From Ranitomeya imitator (taxonomy: Eukaryota), in NCBI RefSeq assembly GCF_032444005.1, contig NC_091285.1, forward strand, positions 623,100,001 through 623,164,000: a stretch of DNA of 64,000 nt. The letters run 5' to 3'. Every line of letters begins with the position of its first letter. The stretch's first letter is position 1. The notes under the pieces were generated by a model. That model saw nothing but the letters and a program-made list of their open reading frames with translations. It was not told where the DNA came from and searched no databases. Made by a program: the position numbers and the translations under genes. Positions 47,562 to 60,086 of the stretch are shown here, one piece after another.

Positions 47562-48085
47562 TAGAATCATAGAATGTTAGAGTTGGAAGGGACCTCCAGG
47601 GTCCTTGTGTCCAACCCTCTGCTCAATGCAGGATAAGCTAAACCATCTCAGGCAGATGTGAGCACAGCCTCTGTTTGAAGATTTCCTCTTGTGGCAGCCT
47701 GTTCCACTCATTGACCACCCTCACTGTCAAAAAGGTTTTTTTTCAAACATCTAATCTGGGTCTCCTCCCTTTCAGTTTCATTCAATTGTTTCTCATGTTT
47801 CCAAATGAGAATAAGGATGATCCCCTTACAATGTGACATCCCTCCAGATATTTGTAGACAGCTATTAAAGCTCCTACGCCTTCTTTTTTGTAAGCTAAAC
47901 ATTCCCAGATCCTTTATCCGTTCCTCGTAGGACATCATTTGCAGTCCGCTCCCCTTCTTGGTAGCATTTCTCTGAACTTGCTCCAGTTTTTCGATGTCTC
48001 TTTTAAAATGTGATGTCCAGAACTGGACACAGTATTCCAGATAAGGTCTGACGAAGGAGGAGAAGAAGGGGATAATTACTTCAAG
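47562..48085 (-). mobile_element. Old CR1 3' fragment
   Basis: Tail TAGAATCATAGAA; residual RT C-terminus VRPYLEYCVQFW...LEQVQR. Confidence 0.8.
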
Positions 48086-48095
48086 TGATTTAGCC

Positions 48096-48600
48096 TGCCA
48101 TGGGGATACCGCAACAGAGAGGAGCCAGAAGACCTCGGCGTCTGGTGCCACGTACTCCTGCACTGGTTAGAAGTACTTCACCATTGTATGAAGTTGTGAT
48201 GTTTTTCCCTTGCTATCAGTGGAAGGGTTAATCTGTTCAAGTGAAGATAAATACATTCCTCTGAACCATCTCCACCACCCCTTTCTCCAGTCATTGTTGA
48301 TGGGTATCTGGAATTTCAGATTGCTAAGATTGTCTTTTCTAGCTTGGTTCGTCAATCTTTTCAGTATCTGGTACACTGGAAGGGTCGCTGTGGTCTTCTA
48401 GCTCCTCTCTTTAGCGGTATCCCTGTGACAGTACTCCCCCCCTTTCTATGAGAGACCTCTATAACGCAGGCCGGGTTTATCAGAGTGTTTTGCGTGAAAA
48501 GACCGGACAAACCTGAATGCATAGACGTCATATGTTGGTACCTACATTGTCTCTTCAGGATCCCCCCCTCCCACAGGCCCACCCAGGAATACGAGAATCT
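48096..48600. mobile_element. Rearranged chromovirus relics (chromodomain fragments on both strands, PPT plus LTR start on the minus strand)
   Basis: Plus strand ...DGYLEFQIAKIV...QYLVHWKG near 48295-48385; minus strand DVYAFRFVRSFH...DKPG followed by GGGGGGGAGTAC|TGTCACA at 48430; about 40-bp inverted similarity between 48096 and 48430. Confidence 0.55.
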
Positions 48601-49319
48601 CATTAACTGAAAACTACAAATTAAACAACAACCACAAGATGAATTTCTTCAACCAAGGAATCATTTTAATCAGAATAGCAGTGCCAACCTGACAGTGTCT
48701 GTAGTTTACTCAGCACAATCCGGCTGACAGATTCACCGTAAATCCTGCAGAGTCAAAAACCACCAAGATACCCATGCATTCCTCCCCTTTGTATCCTGCA
48801 TCTACCTTAGAGGGGCATGACCCAACACCGGCATAAACCATCGTCCAAACAGGTAGTGTCTCAAAGTGTCCAATACCCATTTGATGGGCAAGTATTCTTC
48901 TTCTACAATTTCATTGTTTTTTTTCGCATCGGGTAAGCTTTCAACTCAAGTAGATTATTGGGTGCTCCTCTCCATTAATCTCCTGAGACATGACAGACAT
49001 AGTTCATCATCTGACACATCTGTCTGGTCTATTAACTCCTTGTAGAAGTATGGTGCTACCAACACTGACTTCCTACAGAGAGCTAGTTTTAGCTACTGAA
49101 AGGCTAACTTGGGTTCTGGAGACCACATAGCCATCACTGATTTTGTGCTCACTGCAACGAGCCCTGGAAGAAACTGCACCTCCTATACATAGAACAACAC
49201 GGTACAGGCGGCGACAACCATGGCACACACTGCAAACACGTTTCCTGCAGCAGTGCTCCAGATGCGCCGAAACGTCTGTGGACAAAATCCAATCTACCCG
49301 ACGATTTCATCCATTATAC

Positions 49320-49422
49320 AGTAAGTTTATGCTTAAAACATACAACACTGCCCTTCACCTCTCCAAACAAACCTATTTCAACACCCTCATCACCTCACTA
49401 TCCAATAACCCGAAACGTCTCT
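49320..49422 (+). mobile_element. L2-like LINE RT fragment, target of the Gmr1 insertion
   Basis: MLKTYNTALHLSKQTYFNTLITSLSNNPKRL resembles the L2 ORF2 linker; recognised by eye only. Confidence 0.5.
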
Positions 49423-50873
49423 TGTCAGGATTCCCCGACCGCTGCCACCAATTTGTCACGATTCACACCGTGACCGTCACCCCTACGTCACGGGTCGGGG
49501 TGACTTTGGGCCAACAGACGGCTATCACATGTGCAGGGGGGCTTATCTTAGTTATCCCTCCACTGCTAACAATGTGATGAGAAAACACACACAAGGCTAT
49601 TGACCTCTTAGTTTACAGAAGGGGCTTATTCTAGGTATCCCACTGCTTTTCAATATACCACGAACTGCAGGGATTTATGTATATCCCACTTACAGTTCCA
49701 CTTAACACTTGCAGCTCTCTGGCGCCCCCTTACTCTCAGGTCAGATTAGGTACTGCACCCTGGGTAATTAGTCGCCAGAAAGGCTGCCTGCTATGTACTG
49801 GCTATTGGGCACGCTGCAGCGACGCGATAACTACTCCCACTCAGGCAGGAACAATAATTATCAACGCCACAGCCGCTACAGCATCACTCAACAGTCTGCA
49901 CACGGTATCACTGCCACCAGCTTCGATTAAACGGGTCCGAAGCTAACCCAACACAACAGTAACAGTAGCGTATTTCCCTTCAGAAGACTTAGGGTACGGT
50001 TTAGAACAGGAGAATGAACTAATATTAAATATTATATCCCATAAAAATTAGGCAGTGCTTTATCAAAAATATTTTATAAAGATGTTACAAATGAGACAAT
50101 TGCAAATATGTACAAGGGTAATTATGAAATAAACAGGGATTAAATGAGAAAATGTAACACTCACATGTTCAAAGCATGGCAGGCAACCAGGCTAGTGGAG
50201 TTTTTTCCATACCTCCCAGCTCATTGGACGTGCTGCTGGCTTCAGGAGAAGACAAGAAGTCAAGAAGAAGTCTGAGCTGGGGAAGCCTGCCACACACTTA
50301 AAACCTTAAGGCTGTGACATCACAGAAAGGCTGGCTTATCCAGACCCTCCTCTCTACATTCTGAGTAAACTTTAAACTATTTTCTCTGATTTCTATAACT
50401 TCACTACAAAACATGTCAGAGTCATAACAAACCCATCATTCATCTCGCATTAACGTGAGCATTCTAATGAGATCAAATATGTACTTTCTGGGATACATAT
50501 TTACAGAGAAATCCCTACTTCTTTACCAGATGGAGTTAGAAGCCCGAGTTTCAAGGGATGGGTAGATACACCGAGTGGGAATACGAATATATATTTTCGT
50601 GTTCTTAACGTAAACATTGTGCATAATATCGTACAAAAAACAAACAAAGAATCTTTCATGAATTTTGGAGCCATTTTTTCAGTTCCAGCTGGAGGAAGAT
50701 TCTAACCTGGTCGTAAATACCTTTCGGCCATAAAACTCCCCCCAGTACATTGGCAAAGCAGCTCTTGGCTGAGTGAAAGGGAAGGGGGGCTTGTTAGCCC
50801 ACAGCCTTGAGCAAGAGAGCTACTTATATGATATTTCATACCATGTCGTGACACCTCCCCCTTTTGGTGTGCG

Positions 50874-53800
50874 CTAGGGAGGCAGTACCCCACGGTATGC
50901 CTCCATGGGCACCTCAGTAGGTTCACCCTGGCGGGAGAGTCCATCTGCATTCCCATGCTCTTTGCCCATTTTGTGTTCAATGGTGAAGTCAAACTGCTGA
51001 AGGGCAAGGCTCCAGCGTAACAACCTGCCGTTGGTTCCACACATGGCGTTTAGCCAGTGCAGAGGGTTGTGGTCGGTCATCACAGTGAAGGGGCGACCGT
51101 ACAAGTAGGGCTGCAAGCGCTGCAGGGCCCAGACTATGGCCAGGCACTCCTTCTCGATGGTGGAGTAGGCCACTTCCCTCGGCACCAAGGCCAAACTCGC
51201 TGGCGTCGGTCTGCACCAAGAACGGTCGACTGCTGTCGACTGCTTTCAACACAGGGGCGTTGCACAGTGCGGTTTTCAACGCCTGGAAGGCCCCCTCACA
51301 GCCATCTGTCCAGTTGACAATGTGGGGTAGCTTCTTCCTGGTGAGGTCCGTCAAAGGTTTTGCCAGGCTACTATAGTGCTGTACGAAGTGCCTATAGTAC
51401 CCTGCAGTGCCCAGGAAGGACATGACCTGTTTCTTGGTCACGGGAGTGGGCCAGTTCACGATCGCGCCCACTTTTTCCGGCTCTGGCTTCAGGGTGTTCC
51501 CACCTACCTGGTGCCCCAGGTAGTGAACCTCCCTCATGCCCATCTGGCACTTTCCGGGCTTGATAGTCAGTCCTGCTTGGTGAATTTGCCTGACCACCTC
51601 TTCGAGATGCTGCAGGTGTTCCTCCCAGGAGGAACTGAAGATGGCAATGTCATCCAAGTACGCCACTGCGTACTTCTCCAGTCCCTGAAGCAGGAGGTTG
51701 ACCATCCTCTGGAAAGTGGCAGGGGCATTCTTCATGCCGAAGGGCATGACCGTGGACTCGTACAGTCCAAAGGGTGTGATAAAGGCGGACTTCTCCTGTG
51801 CCTCAGGGCTCAGGGGAATCTGCCAGTATCCTCGACTCAGATCCATTATTGTTAGGTAATTTGCACCAGCTAACTTCTCAAGCAGCTCCTCGATGCGCGG
51901 CATGGGGTGCGCGTCAGAGGCTGTAATGGTGTTGAGCCCCCTGTAGTCCATGCAGAACCGAGTGGTCCGGTCCTTCTTTGGCACAAGAACTACAGGTGAT
52001 GCCCACGCACTCTTTGACCGTCGAATCACCCCCAGCTGTAACATCTCATCGATCTCTTGGCGCATAATCTGCTGCACCTGGTCAGAGATTCGATAGGGTG
52101 TTCGCCGTAGTGGGGCGTGATTCCCGGTGTCCACCTCGTGGACTGCTAACTCAGTCCTCCCCGGTCGGTTGGAGAACACGACCCGGAAGGGTTCCAGTGT
52201 GGTTTGCAACTGCAACTGCTGGGGTTCAGTTAACGAGGCGCTTACCTCCACGTCCTCGATGGACCCATTGGCCTTGGCTTTGGCCAGCATGTCCAGGAGG
52301 GTGTCTTCCTCACCGTCTTCGGGCAAGCTGCAGACCGGTAGGACGAAAGGTTCACGTTCGTGATGAGCCTTCATCATGTTGACGTGAAAGGCCTTTCGCC
52401 TACCCCGAGCGTGGTCAAGCGTGACCACGTAAGTGACCGGGTTGAGCTGTTGGTGGACGACGTACGGGCCCTCCCAGGCTGCCTGAAGCTTATCCGTTGG
52501 TACGGGGACCAGCACCCACACCTTTTGACCCACGTGGTAGGTCCGCCCCCGGGCGTTCTGGTCGTACCAGTGCTTCTGATCAGCCTGAGCCTGCGTCATG
52601 TTTTCATGCACCAACTGCGTCAAGGTCTGCATCTTGTCACGTAAGCGCGTGACATACTCCACTATGGACACTTCAGAAGTGTTCGGCTCCTCTTCACAGG
52701 ATTCTCTTACCAACCCAAGAGGTCCCCGGACTCGCCTGCCGTACAGGAGCTTGAAGGGGGAGAACCCCGTCGAGGCCTGCGGAACCTCTCGGTAAGCGAA
52801 CAGCAGGTGTGGGAGGTACCGCTCCCAGTCGCGCCCTTGAGTCTCAACCAGCATGCGTAGCATCTGTTTGAGGGTACCATTGAAGCGTTCACACAAGCCA
52901 TTGGTCTGTGGGTGATACGCACTCGATACCAGGTGCTTCACCTGCATTCTCTTACAGAGAGCCTCCATTAGGCGAGACATAAATTGGGTCCCTTGATCAG
53001 TAAGCATTTCCCTGGGAAATCCTACACGTGAAAAGATAGCCAACAGGGCATCCGCCACCTTATCTGCCCTAGTTGACGACAGAGCTACTGCCTCTGGGTA
53101 CCGGGTAGCATAGTCTACCACAGTAAGGATGTATTGCTTTCCAGAGCTGCTGGGGACGGCCAGCGGGCCCACAATGTCCACCGCGATCCTCTGGAAAGGT
53201 TCCTCTATCACTGGCAAAGGGATCAGGGGAGCCTTAATAGCAGGCCCCGCTTTCCCCACCCTTTGACAGGTGACACAGGAGCGGCAGTAGTTTGACACAT
53301 CTGTCCCCATCTTAGGCCAATAGAAGTGTTGAGACAGCCGGGCCTTAGTTTTGCTGATCCCCAAGTGTCCAGCTAGCGGGATCTCATGGGCAATCCGCAA
53401 CAACTCACCCCGGAATTGCTGCGGGATGACCAGCTGTCTTTCCCTCAACCACTCCTTTTGTGATTCTCCAGGTACTGTCTCCCGGTACAACCTTCCTTGT
53501 TCCCAGAACACCTTCTCCTTATCAGTCTCGGAGAAGCGCGTCCCGGCGAGTTGTCTCAAACTCTCTAGGCTCGCATCTGTGTGCAGAACGGCCTGAAACT
53601 CCTGGCTAGGGGAAGCCAGAAGCGATGTCAGGGTCCCTTCCCCACGGGAACCTTCTTGGACCTGCTCTGGGTCCACCTCTGATTCACTCACAGTGATGAC
53701 TGAGGAGGGTCCGGAAGGCAGACAGTTATCTGCGTTCCGGGCACTCTGACTGCGGGTGACAGCAGCTGCGTAGGCTGTCTCCCCGGGGGTTTCTACAGAC

Positions 53801-54180
53801 CCATCAGCCGGCGCTGCTTTGGGCTCTACCTCCCCATCCACCCCCAACATTCCAGGGGCAGTGCTACTTATGGGCCAGTTACCTTCCTCGGTGGCACTGG
53901 TCACTTTCATGGCATCACCTTCCTCACGGTTCCCATGCATCTCCCCATTTCCTGTAGCACCGACACTTGCCCCTGTTAGGGGTTCCTCAGCCGTCTCACT
54001 CCACAGAGCGACGTGGCTGGGCACGCCTGTACCTATGGACACATTAACCTTCACAGAAAAATCATTATCATGTTCAGATGGCACAGGTACAACATTTTCA
54101 CCATCAATCCTAGGAAAAAAAATGGTTATTAGATGCATCATTACAAGATAAAGCATGGTCAGGTAACACATGCGATTTCC

Positions 54181-54215
<35 letters not shown>

Positions 54216-54306
54216 GGGTTAACGTTACCCTTATTAGTAGATTGGGGAGGGGTGTCAGGGACGTAGTATGCAACCAACCTCCCCAAATCAGTCCCCAACA
54301 AAACAT
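50874..54306 (-). pseudogene. Pol with integrase upstream of RT: IN (H..H..C..C, VDIVG, TDQG, ERFN), RT (YLDD), RNase H with an internal deletion near 51190
   Basis: 1105-aa ORF 50989-54306 plus the RNase H tail in another frame (REVAYSTIEKECLAIVWAL, 50874-51194). Confidence 0.92.
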
Positions 54307-55612
54307 CAGTGGGCAAATTATCAGACAGCCCCACTTCTTTCACCCCGCTCCCGGCACCCCAATCAATAAAAACCCGGGCCATCGGTAAGGGACAGGTGAT
54401 GCCCCCAATCCCAGTGACAGTTAGGGTTTTCCCCGGAATGATTTCTTCAGGGGCCGCCAGTTCGGGTCGGATGAGGGCTCGTTCAGCCCCGGTGTCTTTG
54501 AGGCCTGTAGCAACATGGCCTCCCACAGTGACGTGCTGTACGTTGTCACACACCCTCCCAACCACACCACCCACCAAAAGAACTGCTGCATTAGGCCCTG
54601 GGGCCTTGGCTGGGGTGTTCTTATGCTTGGTTGGGCAGGAGGGACTGAGATGACCAGTCTGATGGCAGGTGTAACACTTGCGAGGTTCGGTGGTAGGTCT
54701 GGTGCTGTTGGCCACGGGGCCAGGACCTCTGGAGGGTTGGCTGGCAGGGGTACTGGCGTTGGTTGCAGGCTTACCCCCTCTCCAGCTGGTGGTGACTGGC
54801 TTCCACACTTCCGATCTACGGTTGGCCTCATAGGCATCGGCAATCTGCGCTGCTTTCGTCACGTCTTTGGGTTCTCTGTCCATCACGAACTGTCGCACCT
54901 CAGCTGGGCAAAGATGAAAGAACTGGTCTTTGATCATCAGGTCTCGCAGCTGGGCAAAGGTGGTCACTGACAGTCCTTGGGTCCACTGGTCAAAGTGGGT
55001 CCCCAGTCCATGCACCACATCACTGTAACTGTCGTGTGGGCCACGTTGGAGGGTCCGGAACTTTCTACGGTACACCTCGGGTGTAAGCTGGTACTTGGCT
55101 ATCAGAGCCTGCTTGATGGCCTCATAGTCACCATCTTGTTCTTGAGGGAGGGCAGCAAACGCCTCCAGAGCTTTGCCTCTCAGCCCTGGTGTCCGGTATC
55201 GTGCCCATTCATCTGTAGGCAGCCGGTACTGTCTGCACAAAAATAGCCAGATACTAGGGTGTATCCAGATATGGTACCCCTTTAAGGTCCTCTAATAGAA
55301 CGTATATATGAAGCCAGGAGGAACCTAATAAATCTAAAATATAACCTTTATTTGTCTCCTTTTAAAATAATTTCTAATGGATAGAACAATAAAAAAGTGC
55401 ATATAGTGCTCAAAACAACCAGTGCTCAGTAAAAAATGGTTTGATCTCACCACATCAGCCGTTTTTTTCAGGAGCGTCCTCATGTACATTTGCAGGGAAG
55501 GGAAAAGTAGAAAATAGCTATGCTACCCGGTCGTGCCCCTGTACTGCTCCCGTCCTGACAAGGACAGTCCCCAAGTCAGGCTAAGTTTTGTACCCACCAT
55601 AAACAAATAACT

Positions 55613-55657
55613 TTCCCTACGCGTTTCCTCTCCCATAGGGGAGATTCCTCAGGGGAA
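55613..55657 (-). ncRNA. Minimal type I hammerhead ribozyme
   Basis: TTCCC-CTGAGGA-A-TCTCCC(CTAT)GGGAGA-G-GAAA-CGCG-TA-GGGAA: stem I 5 bp, stem II 6 bp, palindromic ACGCGT stem III. Confidence 0.85.
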
Positions 55658-56599
55658 CAGAAAAATCGGGGGTATACATATAATACGATGTACTATTTAG
55701 AGATGTTAAGCCCCTGCATTGGCAGGTGGCTCCTATGTGTCCAGTGCACCTGGCTTCCAGTGTGGACTATGGTATGGTGAGATGCATGCAGGGACCGCAC
55801 TCCCTAATATAGTCTATCCCCCTCTCAATCCTAATTGCACGGTGTCCTACCTCACTTCCGGCCCTTGATTATGGCCGCTTCAATTACCGGGTGCTCTAGG
55901 CGTTGTGTTGTCATGTAAACGCCTAACCAGATGCTGCGCCGGTCTCTCCATTACCGCGCATGCGGACCATGTACCACCATTAGATTTGCCTTCACTTCCG
56001 GTTCACGGTACTAATTATTTCCGCTATTGCGCAGTACCCACCCGGGATCAGTTCCGTCCTCTGTCTGCGTCTCCGCAGCCATGACTACGATCTGTCATGG
56101 CTGTGCGCATGCGTCCTTTTTTCCCCGCAGCTGTACGCTTTGCCGGCAGGTACATTAGGTTCCCAGTGTTTTTGCCACAGTGCGCATACGGACTTCCTAC
56201 TATTACCCGCTCTGTCGGTAGGTTTTGTGTCACTAGTAATAAAAGATATGTGTCACTAGTGATAAAAGATATGTCAATATCAAACAACGCCGCCATGCCG
56301 GAATCTTTTCAGATATAACCATGAGAGGGGGTGGCTAGTCAAAGGGAAAGAAGTCCCTCTAGATAAGTCCATAGAAAATTATTGATAGAAAAATCTCCCT
56401 TTATTCCCCCCTCAGATCGGGTCGGAGAACAATATATATTTCTAGGATATGGCAGTGGCTCATAGCCTAAATATCCCAATGGATAATACACATCCTGTTT
56501 TAATGACTTAAAACTCCCCAGAGACCGCAGATCAGACTCCAACCCATTAGCCCATTAGTTACCAAAGAAGGAGATAAAATCTATAAACCCCTATTGATC

Positions 56600-58885
56600 T
56601 CAAAGAAAACAACTATAGTTCAATTGCTCATTTAGGCCCTGCGGATAGCAGGTCTGGAGGCGAAAAATCCACCTAGACTCCTTTTGGAGCAAGATCCTAT
56701 CAAAGTCGCCCCCTCTTCTTGGTGGTCTCACTTTCTCGATACCCATAAATTGTATGGCCTTCATGTCCCCATCATGCATAACATTGACATGTCTGGCCAC
56801 CGAAGTCTCTCTTTTATTCCAAATATCACCTAGATGCTCACCTATCCTTCTCCTGAATTCTCTAGAGGTTTTGCCTACATAGGCCTTACCACATTTGCAC
56901 ATAATACGATAGATGATACCTTTTGTTTTGCAATTGATAAAGTCCCTGATCTCAAACGACTCATCAATGCCTTCAAACTTTTTCCCCACTATTACGTGTT
57001 CACAGGCCACGCAGTCACCACATCGATAACAGCCACAAATCTTCCCCGGTAACCAGGTTTCTCTGGTAGTAGGTGTAACAAAGTGGCTGCGTACCAATCG
57101 ATTACCAATGGTTTTACTCTTTCTGTATGTGATGAGAGGTCTCTCACCTACAAAGTCTCTAATGTCCTCATCCATCCGAAGGATACCCCAATGCTTTTGG
57201 ACCACTTGTCTGACCATTTGGGCCCCATTATCATAGGTGCAAATGAGTCTGGCTTTTTCATTCGAATATTCAGTTCTCTTTTTGGGTACCATAAGTTCCC
57301 TCCTATCTTGTTCTTTTGCATATTTAAATGCTTCCCTCAGTATTCGGTCAGGGTACCCTTTGGTCAGAAACCTCTGACGCAGGTCATCCGCCTTGATTTT
57401 AAAGTCCCTAGTGTTTGAACAGTTTCTTTTTAAACGTAGGTATTGGCCCTTGGGTATGCCTCTCTTGAGGGAATATGGATGGTGACTCTCCCACTTCAAA
57501 AAAGAGTTAGTGGAGGTCGGTTTTCGAAAGATGGTGGTCTCTAATGTGTCCCCATTCATGGGTTTAGTAATTAGAACATCAAGAAATGCCAATCTAGTAG
57601 GGTCCACTTCATAAGTAAATCTAAGGCCTATCTCGTTCTGATTGAGTAGATCAATAAGCTCCCTAAAGTCAGAAATAGTACCCCGCCATAGGATGAAGAC
57701 ATCGTCTATGAACCTGACCCATAAGTCCACCTTACTTGTGAGGTGCATAAGTCTGTCCGAGAACACGATGGTGTCCTCCCACCAGCCCAGGAACAGATTT
57801 GCGTAACTTGGCGCACATGGATTACCCATGGCGGTGCCCCTGAGCTGGTGGAGGACTTTACCATCAAAGGTAAAGTAGTTGTTCTGCAAAACAAATTCAA
57901 GGAGAGAAATAACCAATTCATTATGGGGGGCACATTGGCAGCCCCTTGTGCCCAAAAAATGTTTCATACCCGAAATCCCAAAGTTGTGTGGAATTGACGA
58001 GTACAAGGCTTCAATATCGATGCTTGCTAGGAGTACTTCAGGTTCCACAACGATATTGTCCAATTTATTCAAGAGGTCAGCCGTATCCCTCAGATATGAT
58101 GGCAATGAACTCACAAAGGGTCTAAGGATCTCATCTAGGTAGGTACCCACATTTTGGCTTATGCTCCCAATCCCCGATACAATGGGTCTTCCCTTTAAAG
58201 GGTGAAGCCCTTTATGCAGTTTTGGAAGTGCATAAAACGTAGCCATCACAGGGTGTTTAGGAAAAAGATAGTCATATTCCTCCTGGCTAATCAGTTTTTT
58301 GTTTATAGCCCCATCAAGAATGTTTTTTAATTTGTCCTTTGTGGTATTCATCTGGTAACTCCTAACCTGGGTATACGTAGCTGTGTCATTTAATAAGGAG
58401 AGACACATGTCTCTATATCCCCCTGTATTCATTACAACTATGTTTCCCCCTTTATCGGAGGGTTTAACCACTATAGATGTGTCTCTTTCCAAACTCTGGA
58501 GTGCCTCCATCTGATTTCTTGTTAGATTATGTCTAATGTGGATACTCTCTTTTTGTTTAATTTCCTCTGTGGTTAGCTGGAGAAACACATCTATAGCGGA
58601 AACATCACCCCCGACTGGTGGCATCTTGGTACTGGTTTTTCTCAGAGACGAAAAGGGACCTTGGCCGCTTGTTGATGGCAATGTCTGGTCAAGATTAGCC
58701 AAGAGCTGCACATCCTGGAGTATATCCACTGGGATGTCCAGCCCTGCGCAAATCCGCCTATTCTGTTGTTTAAAAAATTTGTGCCATCTAACTTTTCTTA
58801 CAAATAAGTTTATATCCTTAACACAATCAAAGGTAGAGAAATCTGTGGTGGGAATAAATGATAGCCCCTTACTTAGTACCGTCAT
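56600..58885 (-). CDS. PLE ORF2: reverse transcriptase plus GIY-YIG endonuclease; the frame is open upstream to 58993
   Basis: KPSDKGG, SIDIEALYS, GTAMG, RFIDD; Cys linker CYRCGDCVAC; GIIY...AYVGKT...RIGEH...LNE; 761 aa uninterrupted. Confidence 0.95.
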   Translation of the reverse strand: MTVLSKGLSFIPTTDFSTFDCVKDINLFVRKVRWHKFFKQQNRRICAGLDIPVDILQDVQLLANLDQTLPSTSGQGPFSSLRKTSTKMPPVGGDVSAIDVFLQLTTEEIKQKESIHIRHNLTRNQMEALQSLERDTSIVVKPSDKGGNIVVMNTGGYRDMCLSLLNDTATYTQVRSYQMNTTKDKLKNILDGAINKKLISQEEYDYLFPKHPVMATFYALPKLHKGLHPLKGRPIVSGIGSISQNVGTYLDEILRPFVSSLPSYLRDTADLLNKLDNIVVEPEVLLASIDIEALYSSIPHNFGISGMKHFLGTRGCQCAPHNELVISLLEFVLQNNYFTFDGKVLHQLRGTAMGNPCAPSYANLFLGWWEDTIVFSDRLMHLTSKVDLWVRFIDDVFILWRGTISDFRELIDLLNQNEIGLRFTYEVDPTRLAFLDVLITKPMNGDTLETTIFRKPTSTNSFLKWESHHPYSLKRGIPKGQYLRLKRNCSNTRDFKIKADDLRQRFLTKGYPDRILREAFKYAKEQDRRELMVPKKRTEYSNEKARLICTYDNGAQMVRQVVQKHWGILRMDEDIRDFVGERPLITYRKSKTIGNRLVRSHFVTPTTRETWLPGKICGCYRCGDCVACEHVIVGKKFEGIDESFEIRDFINCKTKGIIYRIMCKCGKAYVGKTSREFRRRIGEHLGDIWNKRETSVARHVNVMHDGDMKAIQFMGIEKVRPPRRGGDFDRILLQKESRWIFRLQTCYPQGLNEQLNYSCFL

Positions 58886-58932
58886 TTCTACTTCACTGAT
58901 GTTTCTACCCGAGAGGTTGATTACCTGAAGCT

Positions 58933-59688
58933 CTAATCCCTGTTGAAGGGGTTCCTGCTTCTCAGGGAGTATGTGCTGTCTAAAAAACCAGGTCTAGACA
59001 CTAGGTGGAAGTTGCCCCCCCTAGAGTAACCTCTATTTTTACCCCTCTGCCGGCCACGGGTTGATCTTTGTCTCGTTTCTGTGTCTGAGATATCAGTTTC
59101 TGTTGAGGATAGGTCCGTTTCCCTTTCTCCTCTCTCTACACGGTCTCCCAGAACCTGATAGATTTTATTATCCCGGAAGTCCTGGAGATCCTTCAAGAAT
59201 TGTATATGTTTCCTCTCCTTTAGTTTATATTGGAATTTTTCAATTGAGTTCTGTAATTGTGTTTCCTTAATGCCAAAATCACCTTCACCTTTAAATTTTG
59301 TAACTATCTCAATCTGTTCTTTTAATTTTGTGTTTAACTTCTCAAAATTGTTTTTTTCTTCTGCAACCAATAAGTTCATAAATCTTAAAGAACTATTAGT
59401 TGCTTCTTTTTCCCAGAGATTTAGTAACTGAGGGCTCCGACAACGAGGGGCCGGCAGTAGGGTAATACGTAGTCCCCTCGGTACTATATTATTCTTAATG
59501 TATGTTTCAAGGCTCTGAATTTCCCACCACGAGCTAGTGTGTTCTTTGTATATTTTATTCAAATCTTTGAATGCTGCTGTATATGTTGGAGTATACTTTT
59601 TCTGGGCAAAAGTTTTCTCAGAAAAAATATCTTTGGCTTCACTAAGCCATAGATCAGTATCTGGTCCCGTCGCCAGGAAGCCAGCCAT
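58933..59688 (-). CDS. PLE ORF1: coiled-coil, basic C-terminal protein (251 aa)
   Basis: Open frame with IVPRGLRI motif (IPRGLRV in family 1), heptad-like segment and RG-rich tail. Confidence 0.85.
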   Translation of the reverse strand: MAGFLATGPDTDLWLSEAKDIFSEKTFAQKKYTPTYTAAFKDLNKIYKEHTSSWWEIQSLETYIKNNIVPRGLRITLLPAPRCRSPQLLNLWEKEATNSSLRFMNLLVAEEKNNFEKLNTKLKEQIEIVTKFKGEGDFGIKETQLQNSIEKFQYKLKERKHIQFLKDLQDFRDNKIYQVLGDRVERGERETDLSSTETDISDTETRQRSTRGRQRGKNRGYSRGGNFHLVSRPGFLDSTYSLRSRNPFNRD

Positions 59689-60086
59689 AACAGGGAAGGA
59701 CTACTGATAGCACAAAAATAGCCAGATACTAGGGTGTATCCAGATATGGTACCCCTTTAAGGTCCTCTAATAGAACGTATATATGAAGCCAGGAGGAGCC
59801 TAATAAATCTAAAATATAACCTTTATTTGTCTCCTTTTAAAATAATTTCTAATGGATAGAACAATAAAAAAGTGCATATAGTGCTCAAAACAACCAGTGC
59901 TCAGTAAAAAATGGTTTGATCTCACCACATCAGCCGTTTTTTCAGGAGCGTCCTCATGTACATTTGCAGGGAAGGGAAAAGTAGAAAATAGCTATGCTAC
60001 CCGGTCGTGCCCCTGTACTGCTCCCGTCCTGACAAGGACAGTCCCCAAGTCAGGCTAAGTTTTGTACCCACCATAAACAAATAACT

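Noticed and set aside
54110-54125. Possible programmed frameshift between Gmr1 gag-PR and pol at a T8 run
   Set aside because: Pol is in the +1 frame relative to gag, which does not fit -1 slippage; a 1-nt homopolymer insertion or sequencing error is simpler.
54170-54215. Poly-Asp / poly-Met / poly-Ile tracts
   Set aside because: A simple (ATC)n microsatellite read in different frames.
56048-56542. Small ORFs duplicated at 60522-61016 (and 49677/63171)
   Set aside because: Incidental frames in the duplicated pLTR or LTR; their identity reflects recent duplication, not selection.
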